A stretch of DNA of 64,000 nucleotides from a virus (lineage: Duplodnaviria; Heunggongvirae; Uroviricota; Caudoviricetes). The first letter of the stretch is position 1. Every line of letters begins with the position of its first letter. Under the pieces are notes generated by a model that saw nothing but the letters and a program-made list of their open reading frames with translations, did no database searches and was not told where the DNA came from. Of this stretch, positions 1 through 9,672 are shown in pieces. The position numbers and the translations under genes were made by a program. The DNA is taken from the IMG/VR virus record IMGVR_UViG_3300043451_000039, positions 1-64,000 of that record; one strand, written 5' to 3'.

Positions 1-792
1 CTGAGTTTTCTTAGAAATCTTTTCAATACGATTGTCGAAGATATCTTTGTCGATAACCTTCAACTCATCCATGGTCAAGTTCAATAGGTTCGCATCGATA
101 CGCTCAGCGATACGCTCTTCAGCCATTTCCATAGTAATGTAAAGAACATTCTTGCCTTGAACAAGAACTGATGCTCCCACATGACACATAAACAAAGACT
201 TACCAACACCAGTACCAGCCAATGCGATGTTTAGGGTTTTCTTCGAGAGTCCACCCTTTGTGATTTTATTGAACATGTCCAAGTCGAAAGGAATCTTCTC
301 TTCAACACGATGATAAAATTCATAGCGTGAATTAGCATCGTCAATATAGTCATGACCAACATGATTGTCAAATGATACGGCAAGAGCATCAGATAGAATA
401 GAAGGGATAGCATCTTTTGTATGAACCTTATCTGCTCCATCAATAATCTTGATTGACTGGAGGATAGCATTATAAACTGCTTTGTCTTTACAGAACTTCT
501 CAGTCTGTTCAAGCATCCACGATTCGTTTACTTCTTCATGAGTTAATGAATCAACGTAACCATTAATCTCCGCCAGTTCTTTATCATTAATGTCAGTTCG
601 GTTGCCAACCTCAATTGAAAGAATTTCTTTGGTCAAAGGTTTGTTATACTTTGTAAAGAAATCTAAAATGATTTTGGCAAGGATCGCTTCCTTTCTATCT
701 GAGAAATAATCCTTGCTGATAAAAGGAATTACCTTACGGCAATACTGCTCATCATATACAAGATTACTCAGAATCTTCGTTTCTATTCTCAT
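1..792 (-). CDS. 41: Replicative DNA helicase gp41 (DnaB family), partial: N-terminus at 792, C-terminus beyond the window edge
   Basis: Manual translation of the minus strand gives MRIETKILSNLVYDEQYCRKV...LDMFNKITKGGLSK...ALAGTGVGKS (Walker A)...NVLYITMEMAEERIAERIDANLL, co-linear with T4 gp41. It is not in the ORF track because its stop lies outside the window. Confidence 0.8.
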   Translation of the reverse strand, partial: MRIETKILSNLVYDEQYCRKVIPFISKDYFSDRKEAILAKIILDFFTKYNKPLTKEILSIEVGNRTDINDKELAEINGYVDSLTHEEVNESWMLEQTEKFCKDKAVYNAILQSIKIIDGADKVHTKDAIPSILSDALAVSFDNHVGHDYIDDANSRYEFYHRVEEKIPFDLDMFNKITKGGLSKKTLNIALAGTGVGKSLFMCHVGASVLVQGKNVLYITMEMAEERIAERIDANLLNLTMDELKVIDKDIFDNRIEKISKKTQ

Positions 793-1090
793 CAATTCCG
801 CCAGTGTAAGTAATATTGTTTTTCTGTAACTGGTCCATAATTATAAACTGAAGTAGATCCCCGATATATGTTTCAAATTCGGTTTGATCATACTCCATGT
901 GATTCTCATGAACTTCATACTGAAAGTTTAGTTTGCAAGTGTCACCTTGTTCATCAAAAGAAACTTTACCGTATGAGAATATTATACCTCGATACGGTCC
1001 AGAAGTCAACTTTAAAGCATCGTGACCAGTGTTGCGATTTTCAACCACCACGAATGGTGGTTTAGCCAAATGCTCACTCATCTTCTGCAA
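764..1090 (-). CDS. Hypothetical protein (108 aa) in the T4 gene-40 position between uvsX and gene 41
   Basis: ORF in track. Overlaps the uvsX stop by 17 nt and the gp41 start by about 29 nt. Synteny only, no recognisable motif. Confidence 0.4.
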   Translation of the reverse strand: MQKMSEHLAKPPFVVVENRNTGHDALKLTSGPYRGIIFSYGKVSFDEQGDTCKLNFQYEVHENHMEYDQTEFETYIGDLLQFIIMDQLQKNNITYTGGIDENRNEDSE

Positions 1091-2147
1091 ACTCTAAAGC
1101 ATCAAGAGCATCATCAAGTTCGTCGCGCATCATCGCTTCACCCTGACCAATTGAATACTTGTTCTTTACAAATTCATGGAATGTTTTGTTTAGTAAGATA
1201 GGCATCCAAAACTCTTTGGTGTCTGTATCTTTGAGGCGATACTTCTTATCTTCTACAACCCCATCTTCATCAACTTTGGAATACCAACCATTGGATGGTT
1301 TAACAACATGACCAGACTCCAAGGCAATATCCAATAGACCAGACCACTTAGAAAGACCACCATCAAAAGATACGCTGACAGGAATCTTAGACTTTTCTTT
1401 AACATATCGGCTCTTCTCTACGTTGATAATAAAGTTATAACCAACAATCTCAGTGCCCTCTTTCTCTTGCTGACGTCCAAGGATATAGACATTATCTGCT
1501 GAATACATTGCGCCAGTTCCACCGCCAACAATTGCTTTAGGATACAAACCAATTTCCATGTAGGTATGGTTAACAACAACCAAAGGAATATCCTTCAAGT
1601 TCAAGTGTGGGGTTACCATACGGAACAAGGACTTCATTTGTTTTGCTCGAGTCATGTCAGCTGCAGACTTACCTTCTAACGCATCCTCAACTTCTTTCTT
1701 AGAAGCAAGGTTACCGATTGAGTCAATAACAATAATCAAATGATCACCACGCTCAACATTTTGTAGCTGTTGCATGATGTCAAACTTCAATTGTTCTACA
1801 TCGGTAAGGGGAGTGTGGACAACACGTGTTGTGTCGATTCCGAAAGTATCAAAATAAGACTGAGGAGTACCGAACTCAGAATCATAAAATAGTAAAGCAG
1901 CATCTGGATATTTGTCCAAGTAAGATTTTGCCATCAATAAACTGAAGGCAGTTTTAAAATGTTTCGATGGACCAGCCCACATAGTTAGACCTGGAGTTAA
2001 TCCACCATCAAGGCGACCTGATAAGGCTACATTGATAATAGGAACAGAAGTAGGAATCATATCCTTCTTCTTAAAGAACTTTGATTCAGAAAGAATCGCA
2101 GAGTCTTTGATAGTTGAGTTCTTTTTGATTTTGTCTAGGATTCCCAT
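1074..2147 (-). CDS. uvsX: UvsX RecA-like recombinase
   Basis: 357 aa with a RecA/UvsX-like core in a T4-like context. Sits between gene 41/40 and gene 43 as in T4. Confidence 0.9.
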   Translation of the reverse strand: MGILDKIKKNSTIKDSAILSESKFFKKKDMIPTSVPIINVALSGRLDGGLTPGLTMWAGPSKHFKTAFSLLMAKSYLDKYPDAALLFYDSEFGTPQSYFDTFGIDTTRVVHTPLTDVEQLKFDIMQQLQNVERGDHLIIVIDSIGNLASKKEVEDALEGKSAADMTRAKQMKSLFRMVTPHLNLKDIPLVVVNHTYMEIGLYPKAIVGGGTGAMYSADNVYILGRQQEKEGTEIVGYNFIINVEKSRYVKEKSKIPVSVSFDGGLSKWSGLLDIALESGHVVKPSNGWYSKVDEDGVVEDKKYRLKDTDTKEFWMPILLNKTFHEFVKNKYSIGQGEAMMRDELDDALDALEFAEDE

Positions 2148-2148
2148 A

Positions 2149-2400
2149 TTATACCTTTAGAAAGTCTAACAATTGTTCTTCATTCATCATACCAACTTTG
2201 CGTTTAATCTCTGCGCCATTTTCATCAATTAGAATCATAGTTGGAACAGAACGAACGCCATATTCAATCGAAGTCATCATCTCATTATCAATATCAAGTT
2301 CTTCAATTGGAACATTAATTTTATCTTTTGCTCCCTTGATAATTGTAGTCAATGCTTTGCATGGTCCACACCACTCTGCGTAAAATTTAAGTACTTTCAT
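2149..2400 (-). CDS. Thioredoxin
   Basis: 83 aa with WCGPCK active-site motif (AEWCGPCKAL). Confidence 0.85.
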   Translation of the reverse strand: MKVLKFYAEWCGPCKALTTIIKGAKDKINVPIEELDIDNEMMTSIEYGVRSVPTMILIDENGAEIKRKVGMMNEEQLLDFLKV

Positions 2401-2409
2401 ATATTCTCC

Positions 2410-2958
2410 TTATGGGTTGTTCTTTGAATGCGGCACATCAAAGACAAATGTAACTCTAACACAGTCTCCGATATTTTTAGTGCCATGTGGTAATTTATTA
2501 TTAAACCAAAGCAAGGTTCCAGGTTCAACTGTAACTGATTCATCACCTACCGTATATATGTATCTTCCTTGAATGGATAGATGGTAGCGATCTCTTGTTT
2601 GATAATAAGTTCCAATGTCGATATGTTTTCCAACCTCGCCACCGACTGGCAATGAAAGGAAACCACAACGACTAAACTTCTTGAAGTTTCTTTTTAGGAA
2701 ACCAATAATCTCTGTGTGATGTTTTGCTGCTGGTGTTGGGATACAAATCTCAGTATCGCCAACATATTGGTCGAGTGATTCAACACCACCCATAACCAAC
2801 TGAAGGACACCTGCATCAACTTGAGGGAAACCATAATCTAATAATGTTTCAACTCCCTCAATCTTGGTTTGACCACCCCAATCTTCAGGATGGTCTTTTA
2901 ACTGTTTCAATATCTTACTGACATTGATTCCAGTTTTAATAATACGAATGTTAGCCAA
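2410..2958 (-). CDS. Cupin-fold protein, aspartyl/asparaginyl beta-hydroxylase-like (2OG-Fe oxygenase-like)
   Basis: 182 aa. The C-terminal region (PGTLLWFNNKLPHG..VRVTFVFDV) resembles the Asp/Asn beta-hydroxylase cupin family seen in marine T4-like phages. Assigned from motif memory only. Confidence 0.4.
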   Translation of the reverse strand: MANIRIIKTGINVSKILKQLKDHPEDWGGQTKIEGVETLLDYGFPQVDAGVLQLVMGGVESLDQYVGDTEICIPTPAAKHHTEIIGFLKRNFKKFSRCGFLSLPVGGEVGKHIDIGTYYQTRDRYHLSIQGRYIYTVGDESVTVEPGTLLWFNNKLPHGTKNIGDCVRVTFVFDVPHSKNNP

Positions 2959-5437
2959 AGAAATCCTCTAATGAACTTTGTTCTGATGTATTCCAACCAA
3001 GTGGCTCAATAACAATTTGCAAGGCATCTAAGAATACCTTCTCGAATTGTTTATCATAATCTATAAACTTATGCAAGTCAAATTCTTTTGGAAGTTCTGT
3101 TGTGAACGCAATCACATCCTCTTGGAAAGGATTAGGTTTACGAACATAGACAAACTTAATCTTATCACCATCACGGATAGGCTGATACTTCTTATCAAGA
3201 CCCATACGCTTTGTGTAATGATTAAACAATAACGCACCACGAACATGAATCGGAGTACCCTTTGCATAGATTGGTGAACCAGCATACTGCTTCATACCAT
3301 TTACACCACGTGGGAATGCGATATCTTGAACTGGAAGTTTGTCAAACTCTTTACGGAAATCCATAACATAATTATGTAGGACTTTCTGATCACCCTTAAG
3401 AATAACTTCAATAGAGTCACGTAACTTATCACGGATGACTGCTGGCGTAGATGACTTGACCATCTCAAGACCCATAACCTTAATCTTGGGTTTTGCGTAT
3501 TGAACACCTTCAGAGTTATGCACATTCAGAACATAACGCTTCTTGGCAGTCCAGATACCTTTATCAGCCAGAACCTCTCGCTTCATCTGCATCTTCTGAC
3601 TATATGCGTTCATGTAGTCAGCGAGTTCTTGATAACCTGAGTCAATGAAAGGTTGGAAGACATCTTCACAAACCTTATCCATAAACTTAATCTTCTGCTC
3701 GTCAGTTTTACCTTCGCAGGTTTTCTCAACGAGAGTCTCAAGTGTAAGATAGATTGAGTCAGTATCAATCGCAACTACATAATCTTTACCCTCAGTCTTA
3801 AGAGTTTTGTTCATGAATGCGTTTAACTTGTTAGCCATCCAACGAATAGACAGTTGACCAGAAGTAGTAATACCCTCAGCCATACGGATATCGAAGTAAC
3901 GGAAGTACTGGTTACCCATCGCACCATAAGCAGAGTTCAACGCAATCTTCATAGCCATCTGTAGGTTATTCAAACGAGAAATATCTTTCAATAGATGTTT
4001 CTTGGTTTTATCTTTTTCATATTCCTGTTGAACACCAAGCATCTGTTTCTTAAACTTAGAACGATTCTTGTACATCTCTTCCATCAACTCGGGCATAAAC
4101 CCTTTGAACTCTTTTGTGTAAGTCCAGCCATTGGCAGTCAGAGCAAGATCTCGTTGCTTGACATATGAAGTATCAATCTCTTGATTCAACAACTTGTCAA
4201 CAGTAACACTAATCTTTTCAGAAGTCAAAGTCTCAGGCGAGATATTATACTGCATGATCAAGTGAGGATACAATGAGTTCAAGTCAAAGGAAGCCATCCA
4301 TTTGTGCATACCAATCAGAGGGTCTTTAACATACGCACCTTCGAACTGAGCATCTTTACCTGAGTGGCTCTTTGCTGGAATAACAATACCCTTCTTACGC
4401 AGATGGTTATAGATGATTGTGTCCCACATACGAACCTGCGAATAAACATCTTCGAAATTAATCTTAGCATTATAAGCCATGGTCAAATGCAGTTCAATCA
4501 AACGCATTTTGTCTTCAAGTTTGTCAACCAACTCTACGTCATGAATGTTATACTCAACGAATTGTTGCCAGTGGTTGGTATAGAAATCTTTGAATGACTC
4601 ACCTGGATTCTCTTTCTTCTTATCGCCAAGTTCTTGTTCAGCGATATAATCCAAACGATAACTTTCCTGTTTAGAATATGTATATTTCTTATACAGTTCA
4701 AGATAATCTAGCTGAGCAATACCAACGATGTCGTAGTGAATCTCTTCATTACCTTTGATAAAGGTTTTACGCTCATTGACATAACCCCATGGGCTCATCT
4801 TATTAGATGTTCCATCGCCCATCTCACGCTCGATGCGTCGGATGAGATATGGCATATCGAAGAAGTCTGTATTCCAACCAGTGACTACGTCAGGATAACT
4901 CTTAGTCCAAAATTCTAGGAATTGAGATAGAAGTTCTTGTTCGTTTTTACAACCAACATAGATTACATCTTCACGACCATGAACGAATGACTTACTACCA
5001 AAGGTAATGATTCGTTTTGTGTGAAGATCTTTAACTGTGATGAGAAGAACCTCTTCATTGGCAGTTTTAATATCAGGGAAACCATTCTCAGTTGAAGTCT
5101 CAATGTCAACAGTGAATACTTTAATCTGATCCATATCCCAATTGATATCATGGGAATAGTTATCGCTGATGTACTGATAGGCGTAATTGGAATTCCCATA
5201 GACTGAGAAGCCAGTTACACCATCATATCGTTTGATGAAGTCACGAGTCTCCCTGATAGATCCAGGTTGGACTTCATCAACGAATGTTCCCTCCAGTGTC
5301 TTCCACTTGGAGGGTTTCTGAGAAGTTACATAGAGAGTGGGACTAAAATCTAGTTTGCGTTGATAGCGTTTACCATTCTCAACACCTCTGATGAATATCT
5401 TATCACCAATAGGATGTACTGAGGTATAAAATTCCAT
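2951..5437 (-). CDS. 43: DNA polymerase gp43 (family B)
   Basis: 828 aa with YGDTDS-type motif (VAIDTDSIYL) and an exonuclease domain. Position downstream of regA/62/44/45 as in T4. Confidence 0.9.
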   Translation of the reverse strand: MEFYTSVHPIGDKIFIRGVENGKRYQRKLDFSPTLYVTSQKPSKWKTLEGTFVDEVQPGSIRETRDFIKRYDGVTGFSVYGNSNYAYQYISDNYSHDINWDMDQIKVFTVDIETSTENGFPDIKTANEEVLLITVKDLHTKRIITFGSKSFVHGREDVIYVGCKNEQELLSQFLEFWTKSYPDVVTGWNTDFFDMPYLIRRIEREMGDGTSNKMSPWGYVNERKTFIKGNEEIHYDIVGIAQLDYLELYKKYTYSKQESYRLDYIAEQELGDKKKENPGESFKDFYTNHWQQFVEYNIHDVELVDKLEDKMRLIELHLTMAYNAKINFEDVYSQVRMWDTIIYNHLRKKGIVIPAKSHSGKDAQFEGAYVKDPLIGMHKWMASFDLNSLYPHLIMQYNISPETLTSEKISVTVDKLLNQEIDTSYVKQRDLALTANGWTYTKEFKGFMPELMEEMYKNRSKFKKQMLGVQQEYEKDKTKKHLLKDISRLNNLQMAMKIALNSAYGAMGNQYFRYFDIRMAEGITTSGQLSIRWMANKLNAFMNKTLKTEGKDYVVAIDTDSIYLTLETLVEKTCEGKTDEQKIKFMDKVCEDVFQPFIDSGYQELADYMNAYSQKMQMKREVLADKGIWTAKKRYVLNVHNSEGVQYAKPKIKVMGLEMVKSSTPAVIRDKLRDSIEVILKGDQKVLHNYVMDFRKEFDKLPVQDIAFPRGVNGMKQYAGSPIYAKGTPIHVRGALLFNHYTKRMGLDKKYQPIRDGDKIKFVYVRKPNPFQEDVIAFTTELPKEFDLHKFIDYDKQFEKVFLDALQIVIEPLGWNTSEQSSLEDFFG

Positions 5438-6006
5438 TAAGACTTTCCGTACATTAACATCATAGCATCAAGAGCACAATCATGAACAGGGTGGTGTTTA
5501 ATAACTTGTGCTCGGTCAAATTTAGGGTGATCAACTTCACAGTAGCCATTAGTGCCACCACTGAGCAAGTCAACGGCAGTTCTCACGTCCCTCCACATAT
5601 TATACCCAGTAATGGGTTGCATGTCAAGTTTTTTAGCGAGAGAATCAATTACCATTTGATCAAGGGAACCTCGTGCCCACATAGTCTGACCATTTGCGTT
5701 TACATACTTGTTCATATAGTTATGTAACTCTTTGATTGCATCTTCAGCAAACATATCAGTTGAGTTTGGCTCAAACGATACTTGTTTAAGGTAATCGTGT
5801 TGATTCGCCCACCACTCAAGAGTGGATATGTCTGCTGTTCGACCAAGACGCTTCGCTTGGTCTTTGGCATTTAATTTAACAAAGCAAGCATTATCAAGTA
5901 GATCTTGATAGGTTGGTTTATCAGCTGGGTCAAAATGAATTAATGCAGCTGACAAAATGACAGCAGTTGATTCAACACCCAAAGTCTCTACGTCAAAAAT
6001 AAACAT
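5437..6006 (-). CDS. DEDD-type 3'-5' exonuclease (DexA-like)
   Basis: 189 aa. N-terminal MFIFDVETLG is typical of the Exo I motif of DnaQ-like exonucleases. Start overlaps the gp43 stop. Confidence 0.5.
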   Translation of the reverse strand: MFIFDVETLGVESTAVILSAALIHFDPADKPTYQDLLDNACFVKLNAKDQAKRLGRTADISTLEWWANQHDYLKQVSFEPNSTDMFAEDAIKELHNYMNKYVNANGQTMWARGSLDQMVIDSLAKKLDMQPITGYNMWRDVRTAVDLLSGGTNGYCEVDHPKFDRAQVIKHHPVHDCALDAMMLMYGKS

Positions 6007-6395
6007 TAGTAATCTCTCTCTTCGCCTTCTTTGGTAAAGAAGGCATTAATCTTTTGTTGGTCAGTCCACTCTTGAGTGTAATCATTATCTTCATCGCAGA
6101 TATCCAATGCTTCCATTTGAGATACAACACGATGACTTAAAATTGTTTCACCAAGCCACTTCTGCGAAAACTCTTTTGGTCGTTGCATAGTCACATCATC
6201 AAGCGCATATTCAGGATGTTCTTTAGGACACTCAACCATATAGCGCATACGATACTGACCAATCGCCTCAACCATTACCCATACTTTATCAGTCATTTTT
6301 ATTTCTCCTTGCTTGATATTCTGCTTCATGTTCATCACAAAGGGTTCTAACCCATCCACCATGGCGTCCTTCACCGATATCGCCACATTCTTCAC
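6006..6395 (-). CDS. Hypothetical protein; the real start is probably the internal ATG at 6296 (MTDKVWV...), giving an ATGACTGA-type overlap with the upstream stop
   Basis: ORF in track. The longer form overlaps the upstream gene by 107 nt; the internal ATG sits 8 nt from the upstream stop. Confidence 0.4.
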   Translation of the reverse strand: MKNVAISVKDAMVDGLEPFVMNMKQNIKQGEIKMTDKVWVMVEAIGQYRMRYMVECPKEHPEYALDDVTMQRPKEFSQKWLGETILSHRVVSQMEALDICDEDNDYTQEWTDQQKINAFFTKEGEERDY

Positions 6396-6822
6396 AAGTA
6401 ACAGCAGTCATACCTTCTGCCATAGCAACTAGACCAGAGATATAATCATCACCACCATCATAGTAAAACCGCAATGTTCCAAACTTCTCTTTAACTTGAG
6501 CAATAATAACCTGTGGGACTTCTGGTGGGATGACAACACCATCCTTCATAATTTCTTCAGCATTCTCAATATCCCAATCACTTGGTTCTCGTTTACCTGA
6601 AAGGAACGCAAGTAGAGCATCATAACCTTGTTCACGAGCATTGAACTTCTCAATCTCTCTATTGCGCTGACTATTCCTCCAGTCGATATGCGTTTGAATA
6701 TTCTGGCATAGGATTCTTAGGATATTGAACCACCCTTTACCGCAGGCAATACCACCATAGTGCTCAGTGAACATCAATGGATATACAGCGGGAAAATAGT
6801 TTTGAAATTCTTCATCAGTCAT
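6289..6822 (-). CDS. Hypothetical protein (177 aa)
   Basis: ORF in track, in a compact minus-strand gene array. Confidence 0.5.
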   Translation of the reverse strand: MTDEEFQNYFPAVYPLMFTEHYGGIACGKGWFNILRILCQNIQTHIDWRNSQRNREIEKFNAREQGYDALLAFLSGKREPSDWDIENAEEIMKDGVVIPPEVPQVIIAQVKEKFGTLRFYYDGGDDYISGLVAMAEGMTAVTCEECGDIGEGRHGGWVRTLCDEHEAEYQARRNKND

Positions 6823-6823
6823 A

Positions 6824-7261
6824 TTAATACCAAGTCCTATGAGTTTCTGCTACATGTTCACGACCATCATACTCTTCAATTTCGTAGTTAACTCCATCTG
6901 GAATTTCTACAATTGCCAACTCAGCACAACGACCAGAATATAATTCACTGTTCTCTTCAACCAACTGAACTAGATGTGGATCATTTCTTTCAATATCACG
7001 ACACGAAATAGTCTGTTCTGAATATGCAGCGTTATATGCTCTACGATCTTCCATGCTCATCTCATAGAATGTTTTACCCTCTTTTAATTCTACTCGTTCG
7101 CCTTCTGGTAGCAACCAACAAGTAAACAAACCAAGAGATTTAAACTTAGTGTCTTCTTCGATAAAACATGGTAAGCCAGCCAATTCACAATAGCGAACAA
7201 TACCCTCTTTTGATAAAGAGAACCCACCAAAGCAACGATTAATCACAACCTTCATACCCAA
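6824..7261 (-). CDS. Hypothetical protein (145 aa)
   Basis: ORF in track; tight spacing to neighbours. Confidence 0.5.
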   Translation of the reverse strand: MGMKVVINRCFGGFSLSKEGIVRYCELAGLPCFIEEDTKFKSLGLFTCWLLPEGERVELKEGKTFYEMSMEDRRAYNAAYSEQTISCRDIERNDPHLVQLVEENSELYSGRCAELAIVEIPDGVNYEIEEYDGREHVAETHRTWY

Positions 7262-7476
7262 CTCCTAAAATCTTCTTTCTTAATACCTAACAACTTATGA
7301 ATCATTTTATCCTTGATCATATCTGGAATAGTTAGATATGGGAACTCAAGAATAAATGGACATCCATTATTTCCCCAAGCATGCGTCTTGAGAAAGTTTT
7401 TATACATGTTAATATGTTGCTTACTTTTTGGATCGAAAAACATCTTCGGTTTAATAATCGCAGCGAGTACGCTCAT
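7252..7476 (-). CDS. Hypothetical small protein (74 aa)
   Basis: ORF in track with 4-nt overlaps to both neighbours. Confidence 0.35.
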   Translation of the reverse strand: MSVLAAIIKPKMFFDPKSKQHINMYKNFLKTHAWGNNGCPFILEFPYLTIPDMIKDKMIHKLLGIKKEDFRSWV

Positions 7477-8786
7477 TTAATATCCTTACTGGCATCAGCC
7501 TCATCTTTGTCATCACGAATCTCAACAAACACTGGAAGGAATAGACTTTCCTCACCAAGTTTATTCTTTATACGACTATTATACTTGACTGCGACAATTT
7601 TGTCAAGTATTTCTTGACCATAAGTCTTGCGATGCGCATCAGTAAAGCCAGAGCCTACATTAACCTTAACTACACCATCTGATGATTCGCAAACAATAGC
7701 ACCGAGCATTCCTGCATACTTACCAGTACCTTCTTCAATCGCAACAATCTTAAGATCGCATTCGAGTTCGCCTTTGAATTTGATTTGGGTTTTGCTACGC
7801 TTGTTTTCCCAAACACCAGAACCATCTTTGAGGATAATACCTTCTAATCCTTGGGCGAGGTATCCTTCAAATAGTTTAGTTGTTTGTTCTAGATTCTCAA
7901 CGATATCGCTAGTAACAATCCAAATCTTTTTACCTTGTGGTGGTTGCTTATCAATAAGCATCTTTAAACTAGAGAAGCGAGTTGAGTATGGAGTTGCACA
8001 ATAACCTGTCTCAAATAATACATAAGGGATAACATCCCACACAGTGGCGTGAACCATGGCAGCTTCTTTGGCTGAGATAGTGCCCTTGTTTGCTTTGTTT
8101 AGAATACCATTTCCTGATTGACGATCCATGAATTGGTAATCCATATCATCCATCACCAGTAGTTCGCCATCGAAAACACAATCAATATCACCAGCAAGAG
8201 AAATAAATTCTTGCTCCAGATTGCCAAGTAGTAATATTTCTTTGCCATTTCTGCTCCTGAATTCACATTTACCATTTCTGACGATGGCGTTGAAGCGCAT
8301 CCCGTCCATCTTTAGTTGGGCGTATGCTGGATACTTTATTTTGTCCACCAACTTTTGGTCGAACTGACTGCACAGCATGCACGGATATTCGCTCACCAAG
8401 CCACTCCACACTGCGTTTGCGGTTGATACTTGAACCCCACATTTTAAATCCTTCTGAATAATTCGTTCAATAACCTTTGCGTCATCTGGTGATAGACCAG
8501 ATAGAATAGCACGGAGATGCGCAATAGCAGCATTGCCAGTTACTTCACGACTTGACAAGTAGTAAAGGTTATCGATCGCCATTTCTAGAGTTGTTTGGTG
8601 TTCTGAATCCTCGCCAGCAAATTCATACTCTGGGATCTTTCGTTGATAGAATTGAGTAAAAGGATCTAGCGCAAGACGGATAACTTCACGGAGGGTTTGA
8701 TTATCCTTGTTGGCTTCCAGTTGTTCAATCTTAAAGTTGCGGGATGCGTTAGCAGCAAGAGAGTTCAAAAATTCATTAATGTTCAT
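7473..8786 (-). CDS. 30: ATP-dependent DNA ligase (T4 gp30-like)
   Basis: 437 aa with the nucleotidyl-transferase motif I KxDGxR (AQLKMDGMRF) and a ligase-like size. Confidence 0.8.
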   Translation of the reverse strand: MNINEFLNSLAANASRNFKIEQLEANKDNQTLREVIRLALDPFTQFYQRKIPEYEFAGEDSEHQTTLEMAIDNLYYLSSREVTGNAAIAHLRAILSGLSPDDAKVIERIIQKDLKCGVQVSTANAVWSGLVSEYPCMLCSQFDQKLVDKIKYPAYAQLKMDGMRFNAIVRNGKCEFRSRNGKEILLLGNLEQEFISLAGDIDCVFDGELLVMDDMDYQFMDRQSGNGILNKANKGTISAKEAAMVHATVWDVIPYVLFETGYCATPYSTRFSSLKMLIDKQPPQGKKIWIVTSDIVENLEQTTKLFEGYLAQGLEGIILKDGSGVWENKRSKTQIKFKGELECDLKIVAIEEGTGKYAGMLGAIVCESSDGVVKVNVGSGFTDAHRKTYGQEILDKIVAVKYNSRIKNKLGEESLFLPVFVEIRDDKDEADASKDIK

Positions 8787-8968
8787 TTGTGTTTCAATTC
8801 TTTAAAAGTTCTGTAACGCATGTCCCAACGAATCGGTTGCTTGAATCGCTTAACCTCTTTGGTGGTTGTGTTATAGAAGGCATAGATTTTACTCTTACTG
8901 TCATTGGTATAATAGATATGGTTGGCTACCTTACCATCCCAAACAGTTGTCTCTTGGAAGACCCGCAT
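8783..8968 (-). CDS. Hypothetical small protein (61 aa)
   Basis: ORF in track, start/stop-coupled to neighbours. Confidence 0.3.
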   Translation of the reverse strand: MRVFQETTVWDGKVANHIYYTNDSKSKIYAFYNTTTKEVKRFKQPIRWDMRYRTFKELKHK

Positions 8969-9177
8969 TAGACGAATGACTTTCTAGGGAATCCAACAGC
9001 GAAACCAGAAGTGCCAGTGGAAGCGACACGAGTAGTCTTAGAACGCATCAACATCTTTGGTGCTTTACGAGCCTTAACAACTTCGATTGAGCCACCTTGT
9101 TTCAAAAACTTCTTCAATGCTTTTTCAGTTTCAGCACGCAACTCAGCTTTAGATTTATACATGATATATCCTTTCAA
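8968..9177 (-). CDS. Hypothetical small basic protein (69 aa)
   Basis: ORF in track. Confidence 0.35.
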   Translation of the reverse strand: MKGYIMYKSKAELRAETEKALKKFLKQGGSIEVVKARKAPKMLMRSKTTRVASTGTSGFAVGFPRKSFV

Positions 9178-9441
9178 TTAAATACGAGACAAGTTCATAA
9201 CACGACCTGGATAGTCATTGTAAGAGACTTTCACAGGCACATAAACAATTTTACCGATACGACCTTTGTCGCTTGGATCTTTCTCATCAATCCATGAATC
9301 TTTAGTCACGGTAATCTTGTATGCTTCATATCCAGGTTCAGTTGTAATGCGTTCAACGACACCTTCAACAAAACAATCCTCACGACCGATCATAGGTTTG
9401 AAGTCATAAGAACGAATAACATCACGAATCTTTACAATCAT
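9178..9441 (-). CDS. Hypothetical protein (87 aa), first gene downstream of early promoter P1
   Basis: ORF in track. Promoter TTTACT-17-TATAAT lies 30-58 nt upstream. Confidence 0.45.
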   Translation of the reverse strand: MIVKIRDVIRSYDFKPMIGREDCFVEGVVERITTEPGYEAYKITVTKDSWIDEKDPSDKGRIGKIVYVPVKVSYNDYPGRVMNLSRI

Positions 9442-9470
9442 TTTGGATCCTTTTCAACTTTCATACATAT

Positions 9471-9499
9471 ATTATACATCAAGATGCAATTAAAGTAAA
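9471..9499 (-). promoter_or_regulatory. Sigma70-type early promoter (minus strand): -35 TTTACT, 17-bp spacer, -10 TATAAT
   Basis: Reverse complement of 9471-9499 reads TTTACTttaattgcatcttgatgTATAAT. It belongs to the conserved promoter family described in the findings. Confidence 0.5.
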
Positions 9500-9672
9500 G
9501 CGAAATGTTGAAAACCCTACAGATTGTAGGGTTATTCGTAAGTTCTTGATTTTTAAACCTTTTTTATTAGGTTTTAAACCCCGAGAGAGGGCTGTAGGGA
9601 CGTTTGGAGGGCGAGGGTGGGTAAACCCTCAGGGATAGCCGTAAAACGTCTCTACGATCGTTTTGGCAGTTC

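Noticed and set aside
231-512. 93-aa minus-strand ORF
   Set aside because: It lies inside the gp41 helicase coding region in a different frame. Its translation is low-complexity and hydrophobic nonsense, whereas the gp41 frame gives Walker A and DnaB motifs.
868-1065. Plus-strand ORFs throughout the window, for example 868-1065, 2198-2383, 3047-3232, 4364-4597, 7627-8004, 14812-15172, 16077-16595, 20605-21240, 22773-23237, 24061-24333, 26864-27334, 35283-35678, 36685-37059, 53151-53861, 62891-63151
   Set aside because: All are antisense to well-supported minus-strand genes (UvsX, gp43, ligase, gp45, SPFH, CobT, NadV, gp46, gp23, gp22, fibres, rSAM). They have no RBS or promoter context and low-complexity products, so they are shadow ORFs.
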